A stretch of 64,000 nt of DNA from a virus, in the IMG/VR virus record IMGVR_UViG_3300004463_001172, positions 32,001-96,000 of that record; one strand, written 5' to 3'. The position numbers and the translations under genes were made by a program. The notes below the pieces were generated by a model, which was not told where the DNA came from, made no database searches, and saw only the letters and a list, made by a program, of their open reading frames with translations. Every line of letters begins with the position of its first letter. The first letter of the stretch is position 1. Shown here one piece after another: positions 57,225-64,000 of the stretch.

Positions 57225-59306
57225 CGTGACTGCTCGATAAACTCTCGGAGGTTCTGGAGGTCTTCTGCCGAGAGGTCATCACCCGGATCGGCTTCCCACC
57301 ACGGCCCATCCCATGCCTCCCGACAATATTCCCTAACCAGCTCCCGTTGCTCAGGGGTTGCACCGCCTGCCAGCCAGGCCCTCACTGCCTCTGACAGCGC
57401 CCCTGATGGTGCACCGGCCCACACCACCGGGGTCTGGTACGGTCGGACATCGATGGCCTGTGACATCACACGTCCCCTCTCGAAGCGACAACGGAGCGAC
57501 CCCGTACCACCTACGCTCACACCACCACTACACAAACCATTTCACCCGACCCGCTCCTCGCTCCCCCCTGGGGCGGGGAGGGCTGAAATGTATGCCTGAC
57601 CCTTGTCCACTGACCGTCCATGGCTCTGACGTCACGCCCCCACCTCGCGCGCAGGGTCTAGTGCCGTCGCGGTTGACGGCACGGCCCTGCTACTGGAAGC
57701 ACTCGCGCCTACATTCTCGACCGTTCGTTCCACCCATAGGAGCGTGCCATCTGCGCTACGGCACATGACTTCGGGATGCCCCTGTGGGAGTGCACACCGG
57801 ATAATCGTCCAGCGCGGCCAGCGAATGGTGTTCGGGCAGGTGGCTTCACTGGTCTGTGATGGCTCAGGCATCTTTTCCCCTATCGTCTTAGCCATCGATA
57901 CGATGGCTGCTCGTGTCCAGCTCATGACGCTTGCCGTGCCTGTGGGTGATGGGCTTCGTAATGCCGCACGCGCCACCCGTCCTCGCGCCAGGTTTGCTGT
58001 GCGCGAGGACGATGATGTGGATTGAGGAGCTGGGCTTTGAACCGGGTCAACGCATTCACCGGTTGCCCTGGGATGCGCTGGAGCTGCTCTTGCAACCAGT
58101 GCAGCAACACGGGGATATCCTGCTCAGGGATGTCAATGGTCTGCGCCATCACGGCCCCTTTCTATGGGTTCCATCAGTAGCGCCCCCTCAAGCGCTCTCC
58201 AAATTTCCCGTAAATCCAGGTCGTGAATGGTCTCCGGAGACACGAGGGTCACTCCCATGGCAGCCTCGATCCCATCGATGGCTTCTTGGCGTGTGCAATA
58301 CCGCATCCCACCCTCTCTTTCTCGTTGTCCTCAAACGCACCAGTTTGCCCCAGGTTATCCGTTCGTGTCCTCATGACTACCAAACATCACCTTTTCTAGC
58401 CGCGTGTCTCCTTGCGGCTGCCAGATGCCTTTGTTTTGATGTACGCCGAACATCCCAAAATTTTGGTGGTTGAACCGGCTGGTGCATCCATTTGTGGAGC
58501 TTGGTGGTGAGGAGCGCGATCTCCTCAGCAGTGAATTCGGCGATCCCACGCACGGCGTGTTGATACGGGAGGGTCGCGAGTAAGGGCTCACGGCTCGTGT
58601 GTTCGATGGTCGCCCCACCCTGGCGAATCTTGGGCGCGTAGGTATGCTCCGGGGTCGGTTGGCTCTGGAGCGCTTCTTGACACGCTTGGCAGAGCCGGTT
58701 GCTGAGGCCCTGCCCGACGAATTTCTTATCGCACCGCAAGCACTCGCGCTTGTAGGCTTTGCCCCGTCGCCTGACCGTTCGCCCCCGCGCATTACCCATG
58801 ATGCCCCTCCCGATGATTCACTTTACTGACAAGGTCTTCCTTCTCCTGCCGGGTCAGGTTCTCGCCAGGTTCTTGGATCGTTCCCCGATAGACTTGGAGG
58901 TTCGGCGGGCGTGTCCAGCGCCGCCGTTCCAGGAGATGCGTGGTGATGACCCACACTACAGCTAATCCAAAAACCACTCCGATCACCACCCACACCAGCA
59001 TGCCCTTCATCGCCGCCTTCCTTCTCGCTGCAGGCCATGCAGCGCTTTGTGGTGAACACATAACTCGTGCCTAACATCCCAGAAACCCTTGTGTAAATGC
59101 GCCGGGTATCCCGACACTGGGTGCACCTCATTTCGCGTCCTTGTTGTAGCCTGCCGCCGCATCGCAGATCGCCACGATGGTGGCTCGCGGGAGGTGCGCG
59201 GCCATCCAGATCAGCACCTCGGCTTGGGCAAAGCTCGTGTCGTGCTCACGGCGAAATGTACGCCAGGCATACTGTTGCTCTGATGTCATCATTGGTGTGC
59301 TCCTTT

Positions 59307-59576
59307 CTATTCGTGCTGCTCATCGGCTTGGCGAAAGAGTACGTCAACCTGCGCACTCATCAGCCCTTCTTCTTGTTCCAATTCCGCACGACGAATGATC
59401 GATCGCATCTCCGTGATCTCTGTGCGTAGAGCTCCGAGATGCTCCTTATGGGCTTTCTTTGCCTCTTCAAATGCGCATACCGCGATATCGACTGCTTCCA
59501 GCAATTTAGCCATCCGATAGGCTGAGGTATTGAGTTCCGCTTGTGAGATTGGGATGAGTTGCATCTGACGGTCCAT
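59307..59576 (-). CDS. Hypothetical coiled-coil protein
   Basis: AAGGAG RBS; 89 aa. Confidence 0.65.
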   Translation of the reverse strand: MDRQMQLIPISQAELNTSAYRMAKLLEAVDIAVCAFEEAKKAHKEHLGALRTEITEMRSIIRRAELEQEEGLMSAQVDVLFRQADEQHE

Positions 59577-59621
59577 TGTTGTCTCTCCTTTCCTGGTAAT
59601 CAGCCCTATACCTAGTGATCG

Positions 59622-61727
59622 TTAGCATGTCTCAAAAAAGTGCTGTACCTCTTTCAGGTCTCCCACGAGTGGTGCTGGCGGTAACCCTTTCAACAGCCAC
59701 GTGCCATAGGATTTGCTTCGTAACCTCGTATCGAGTATGGCCACGACCCCGATATCATCCATGCGCCGCATCAAGCGTCCAAAGGCTTGTTTGAGGGCGA
59801 GTAACGTCGTGGGTAACGCCAAGTCGCTAAACCACGCTTCGCCGACATCCTTGCAGCGGGCCTCCCACAAGGGATCGTCAGGCACGCCAAAGGGGATCCG
59901 GTCGATGATGACGAGTTGGAGCGCTTCTCCGGGGACGTCGACCCCTTCCCAAAAGGTTCGCGTGCCAATGAGCACACCCTCACCGTCGTGCTTGAATTGC
60001 CGTAAGAGTTCTATCGGTGGCGCTTGCCCTTGGACATAGATTGTGTGCGCGCTGGTCTCGTGCAGTCGCTCAGCCACCAACCGGAGCATCCGGTGAGACG
60101 TACAGAGTACAAACGCGCCTCCCCGTTTGATGGCCAATAATGCCTCGGTCTCATCGATGACTCGGGTGTGATAGTGCTCTTGCGCTTCGGTATCATTCCA
60201 CCGGGCTTTGGTAGGATCGAACGCTTCTACATCCCTCGGCACATAGAGCCGCGTCGCCACCCGAAAGGGAAAGGGCGAGGGCAACACCAGTGAAGTGCCA
60301 CCCTCGGCTCCCACCCGATCGCGCCAGTAGGTAAAGGGATCACCGCCCTGATAAGACTGTTTCCCTGTTGCCAGCGTGGCTGAGGTCGCCAGGACAATCC
60401 GCTCATTCCAGAGATACTCTTCTAAGAGCTGACTGACCCGAATCGGCTTGACGTGGAGGGTGACTCCCTGCCGCCCTCGACCTTCGCTGCGCTCGATATA
60501 CCGCACCATTGGTGTCTCAGCCTCGGCGTCTCCCGTCCCGAGCGCGAGATCGATCCACGCGGCGGTGCGTTCGCACAAGTCCGCCAGCTTGCCCCAGCGC
60601 TCCGCATCGATGGCATCCGCTTCATCTGTGCCGGATTTGAGCGATTCCTTGACGGTTTCCATGGTGCGTCCCAGCGTCCTAGTGCTCTGGTAGAGGGCTA
60701 CGCCCGCTTGACTCAAGGCTTCATGGAGAAAGCCTTCGAGGTTGCGCACCTTGGCGTCTTGCATCTCCTCCGTGAGCCGGGCATACCAGGCTTCGGCCTG
60801 TGCGGTGAGGGCTGCCGCTTTAGGCTCCAGCCCGACAATACGGTCAAGGACAATCTCACCAAAGGCGGTGCCGCGCAGGCGTTCACGGGTATGATCGGCG
60901 AGCGCTCCGACTTTGCGTTCGATCACTCGCCAGCGCCCAGCGGTGAGTTCGGCACCAAAGACTTGGGTCGCGGTTTGCTCAAGAGCGTGTGCCTCGTCGA
61001 CGACCACCACCGGATGGGTCGGAAGCAAGCCCACGGATTTCCCAAGGAAGAGGTCGAGGAGGAGCAAGCTGTGATTCACAATGACGATCTGCGCTTGTGC
61101 CGCGTGCTCTTTGGCTTGTTGGCTATAGCACTCGGCTAGGAACGGACATTTACGGCCCAGGCACCCATATCCATCCACGGTCACTTTTTCGCGTAATTCG
61201 TCGCTAATCCCGAAGGGGAGCTGGTCGAGATCGCCATGGGTGCCGTCGGTGCTCAGCCACTCCAGCAACTTGGTATACTCGACGGCGGCACTTTGGGTGA
61301 CAAATAGGTCTTTCTGGCGCTCGTCGGTCTGCACGCGGTGCATGTGCTCTACACACGCATAGTTGCTGCGCCCCTTGAGCACTGCCGCTTTGAGATCGGG
61401 GAAGACGTGCTGCAGTCGGGGGATTTCCTGCTCGGCCAATTGCTGCTGCAGCGCCTTCGTGTGGGTGCTAACAATCGCTTTGGCGCCAGATGCGGCAATC
61501 GCCATGAGATACGCGAGCGCCTTCCCGGTGCCGGTTCCGGCCTCTCCTATGAGGTGTTGCTTGGTGGTGATTGCATCGGCCATGGCTTGCGCAAGCTGTA
61601 CCTGGCCTTCACGGGGTTCATAGCCAGGGATGACGCGGGCTAATAGGCTTGTGGGGGAGAAATAGTCAGCCATGTGAGGCATGGTGAGTGCTGGGGTGGT
61701 GTGGCGTGTCTTGGCTTGTCGTTTCAT
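59622..61727 (-). CDS. dinG: DinG/YoaA-family ATP-dependent DNA helicase
   Basis: REGQ, EAGTGTGKA, LKGRSNYAC, Fe-S cysteines, VNHSLL, VVDEAH, TSATL, FWEGVDVPG, QAFGRLMR. Confidence 0.95.
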   Translation of the reverse strand: MKRQAKTRHTTPALTMPHMADYFSPTSLLARVIPGYEPREGQVQLAQAMADAITTKQHLIGEAGTGTGKALAYLMAIAASGAKAIVSTHTKALQQQLAEQEIPRLQHVFPDLKAAVLKGRSNYACVEHMHRVQTDERQKDLFVTQSAAVEYTKLLEWLSTDGTHGDLDQLPFGISDELREKVTVDGYGCLGRKCPFLAECYSQQAKEHAAQAQIVIVNHSLLLLDLFLGKSVGLLPTHPVVVVDEAHALEQTATQVFGAELTAGRWRVIERKVGALADHTRERLRGTAFGEIVLDRIVGLEPKAAALTAQAEAWYARLTEEMQDAKVRNLEGFLHEALSQAGVALYQSTRTLGRTMETVKESLKSGTDEADAIDAERWGKLADLCERTAAWIDLALGTGDAEAETPMVRYIERSEGRGRQGVTLHVKPIRVSQLLEEYLWNERIVLATSATLATGKQSYQGGDPFTYWRDRVGAEGGTSLVLPSPFPFRVATRLYVPRDVEAFDPTKARWNDTEAQEHYHTRVIDETEALLAIKRGGAFVLCTSHRMLRLVAERLHETSAHTIYVQGQAPPIELLRQFKHDGEGVLIGTRTFWEGVDVPGEALQLVIIDRIPFGVPDDPLWEARCKDVGEAWFSDLALPTTLLALKQAFGRLMRRMDDIGVVAILDTRLRSKSYGTWLLKGLPPAPLVGDLKEVQHFFETC

Positions 61728-62512
61728 CCGCGTCCTTTCGCAAACTGGGTGAGTAATTCGAGGCTCGGAAACCCGTCAATCTGTTCTTCCGTCAGCCGCT
61801 GCCGTTTTCGGACCCAGACCGCATTTTCGGCGTCATAGTGATAGCCCCCGGCCCGGACGATTTCCCGACGAGCTTTGTGATTGTCCATCCAACTACGATC
61901 CTCGGTGACTTTGCCGTTGAGGAAGACACTAGGATTCACGCCAGGCCCCGTGGCGGTGGCTTCAAAGACTTTGGCACGTAGGGGAACGGCGTCAGCATCG
62001 GTGATCGCCTGCTCTTCTGGGGTGATGGGGATATCTTCCATCAGCTGCGGGAGCACTCCTCGCAAAAAGGCTCGTCCGCTTGGTGTCGCTTCTTCGAGGA
62101 TCTCGTGTTTTTCTGCTGGTGTGACTCGATTGGCTCGATGTTTTTCATCGGACCATTCGGCTTGCCAGGCAGGCTTATGACGCGGACAGTAATAGCTATG
62201 CTCACTGATCAGGCCCGCCGGCGGCCAGGCTAACAATCCTTCACAACCCTGATGTTGGCAGGGGAGATAGCGTTGGATATCTGTGGATTCCAAGTGCTGC
62301 GCTAGGGCTTTAATCTCGGCTGCCGTCGGCATGATTTGTCGGCGGCCATCATCGCCCAGGATGCGCAGCATCGCCTTACTGACCGCTTCGAAACTATACG
62401 TTTTCAGCACCCGGTAGTAGGCGTGAACCAGCACCTCGCTAAAGGGCCTGCTGTAAATGGCGCACACCTCTTCGAGCATCTGGGCGAGTTTGGGTTGTTC
62501 CTGGAGATTCAT
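61724..62512 (-). CDS. Replication-associated protein following the initiator (loader/inhibitor-like N-terminus)
   Basis: Y..VL..YS.EAV..A...MPTAAEI; ATGA coupling to the initiator. Confidence 0.55.
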   Translation of the reverse strand: MNLQEQPKLAQMLEEVCAIYSRPFSEVLVHAYYRVLKTYSFEAVSKAMLRILGDDGRRQIMPTAAEIKALAQHLESTDIQRYLPCQHQGCEGLLAWPPAGLISEHSYYCPRHKPAWQAEWSDEKHRANRVTPAEKHEILEEATPSGRAFLRGVLPQLMEDIPITPEEQAITDADAVPLRAKVFEATATGPGVNPSVFLNGKVTEDRSWMDNHKARREIVRAGGYHYDAENAVWVRKRQRLTEEQIDGFPSLELLTQFAKGRG

Positions 62513-63543
62513 GGGTTCTCCCACTCGACATAGGGCCTTGCGGTGGATTCCGTGTCGTCTTTCCACTCGCCCGATACGACTAAGACATAGTTGGCCGTGC
62601 CTTTCGTGTGATGTTGGCTCAGCAGCCAGGGCAGGCTTGCTTTAAAGCGTCTTTTCCCTGGGGGAGGCTGGCATTCCCCCCGGAGGAACTGTGATTCCTG
62701 AAAGCCGAGTCTGACGCGATCCCAATACCCTTTTGAACTTTTGGCCTGTATGGCTTTATTGGCTTTTGCGATGAACTTGTCATCGGCATCGTCCAGCGCA
62801 AACGGCCGTCCCCCGAGTGGCACAATCTGCTCGTTCCACCACAAGACAAATTTTGCTGCCGGCGTATCGATGCTGATGGGTTCCCCCAACGGGGGAACTA
62901 AAGGGGGAGATCCTTGGTTTTTGTTTTTCTTTCTTTCTTTATCTTTATTTTGTTGGTTCACTTTCTGAACCATTTCCGGTTCACTTTCTAAACCATTCTT
63001 TAATGGTTCACTTTCTAAACCATTTCCTTCTTGTGCCTTGAGTTTCTTGGCTTCTCGTCGTATTTGGTTCACTTTCTGAACCATTAATCTTTTTTGGTTT
63101 AGATACTGAACCATTTCATCCCTAGCCGTTTCAGGGTTTTCGAGACAATGGTTTAGTTTGTAAACCATTTCACAATGGCGATTCAGTCGGTAGAGTCCTG
63201 TGCCCCCACGCCCTGGATGTGTTTTCCCGGCCGCAGCATCGAGCCGTTGGATAATGCCCGTGGCTTGATGAAAGGCTAATGCCTCTGTCAGCTTGGCCCG
63301 GCTGACCCCGCATCCAAAGTTTAGTAGACGTCCATCCTGGGAGACTTTTCCGCCAATGAATTGCGAGAAACTGATATAGTCCTGCTCTTTCTCGTTTCCC
63401 TCTTTATCGCGATAGCCGAATGTACTTCGGAGCACGTAGAGCAAGACCTTTTCTTCGGATTCGCGCAGCAATGGAATGATGTAGTCGATGAGTTTGTTGG
63501 GAAGCTGCGTAAAGTTCGGAAAGAGGTCTTGTTCAGATGACAT
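62509..63543 (-). CDS. Phage replication initiator (O-like / replisome organiser)
   Basis: NFTQLPN.L.D, EKVLLYVLR.TFGY, D.IS.SQF, internal iterons, C-terminal F.ASL.WL. Confidence 0.85.
   Translation of the reverse strand: MSSEQDLFPNFTQLPNKLIDYIIPLLRESEEKVLLYVLRSTFGYRDKEGNEKEQDYISFSQFIGGKVSQDGRLLNFGCGVSRAKLTEALAFHQATGIIQRLDAAAGKTHPGRGGTGLYRLNRHCEMVYKLNHCLENPETARDEMVQYLNQKRLMVQKVNQIRREAKKLKAQEGNGLESEPLKNGLESEPEMVQKVNQQNKDKERKKNKNQGSPPLVPPLGEPISIDTPAAKFVLWWNEQIVPLGGRPFALDDADDKFIAKANKAIQAKSSKGYWDRVRLGFQESQFLRGECQPPPGKRRFKASLPWLLSQHHTKGTANYVLVVSGEWKDDTESTARPYVEWENP
62954..63169. repeat. Six iteron-like palindromic repeats, probable origin of replication
   Basis: (T)GGTTYA-N5-TRAACCATT at about 62954, 62978, 63004, 63065, 63095 and 63149, next to an AT-rich tract. 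Confidence 0.85.
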
Positions 63544-63856
63544 GGTTGTTCCAACCTATGTTTCGAACTTACCAAGGAATATGACTGGATCGGTCTGTTC
63601 GTCCAGCCATGTCAGCCATCGGGTGGGTGATCGGTTCATGTATGGACGACACGGTAATTCCAACTCATTCGAGGGCATCCACGATGTCAGGATCGTTTTG
63701 GTCATCTCTTGACGACTGCTCTCCCCTGTGATATAGTTATATCCGTCATACGAGATACACTATACGTCATGAATTGATCGTTGTAAAGATATATCTTCGG
63801 GTTACTTGAAAGAAAAATCTTGCAGGAGATGACTCGTGGCCCTTATTATTTCGTGC

Positions 63857-64000
63857 ATGACCTTACGTGACCTCCTCCAAGAAAAAGCTGGCGTCCAATC
63901 GAGTCAGGAACTGGCCAAGAAACTTGGGCTCTCTCGCCAACAGGCGTCCGGGTTATGGCGCGGCCGCGACCCCTTGGGTTTACGGTTGATGCGTCAGATC
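63857..64000 (+). CDS. HTH regulator (partial), paralog of 56130-56369
   Basis: MTLRDLLQEKAGVQSSQELAKKLGLSRQQASGLWRGRDPLGLRLMRQI. Confidence 0.75.
   Translation, partial: MTLRDLLQEKAGVQSSQELAKKLGLSRQQASGLWRGRDPLGLRLMRQI

Noticed and set aside
62954-63169. Possible CRISPR array
   Set aside because: Repeats are about 21 bp with short irregular spacing inside the initiator ORF, the classic iteron position; no cas genes.

Overview
The whole window is part of a tailed dsDNA (siphovirus-like) phage or prophage genome; no host genes, rRNA, tRNA or CRISPR array were recognised. Minus strand 1-39.7 kb is the morphogenesis arm: small and large terminase, portal, MuF-type minor head protein, ChaB-protease, Mu gpT-like major capsid, four small putative decoration proteins, head-tail adaptor, a ~10 kb cluster of glycosyltransferases, radical SAM enzymes and methyltransferases, then neck, tail terminator, tail tube, tail chaperones and a >2250 aa tape measure protein that runs off the left edge. 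This arm carries inserted morons (HNH and RHH cassettes, genes flanked by duplicated gene ends). It also has three 70-80 nt intergenic arrays with 5-nt period (conserved trinucleotide plus variable dinucleotide) that look like guide-type small RNAs. Plus strand 39.9-48.4 kb is a block of small orphan early genes behind a family of related sigma70-type promoters. Minus strand 48.7-63.5 kb is the replication/recombination arm: initiator with iterons, DinG helicase, NADAR-like, SSAP-like, DUF5131 and RuvC-like genes, with two paralogous divergent HTH switches. Several lesions suggest partial decay. All family calls come from motifs recognised by eye and need HMM confirmation.
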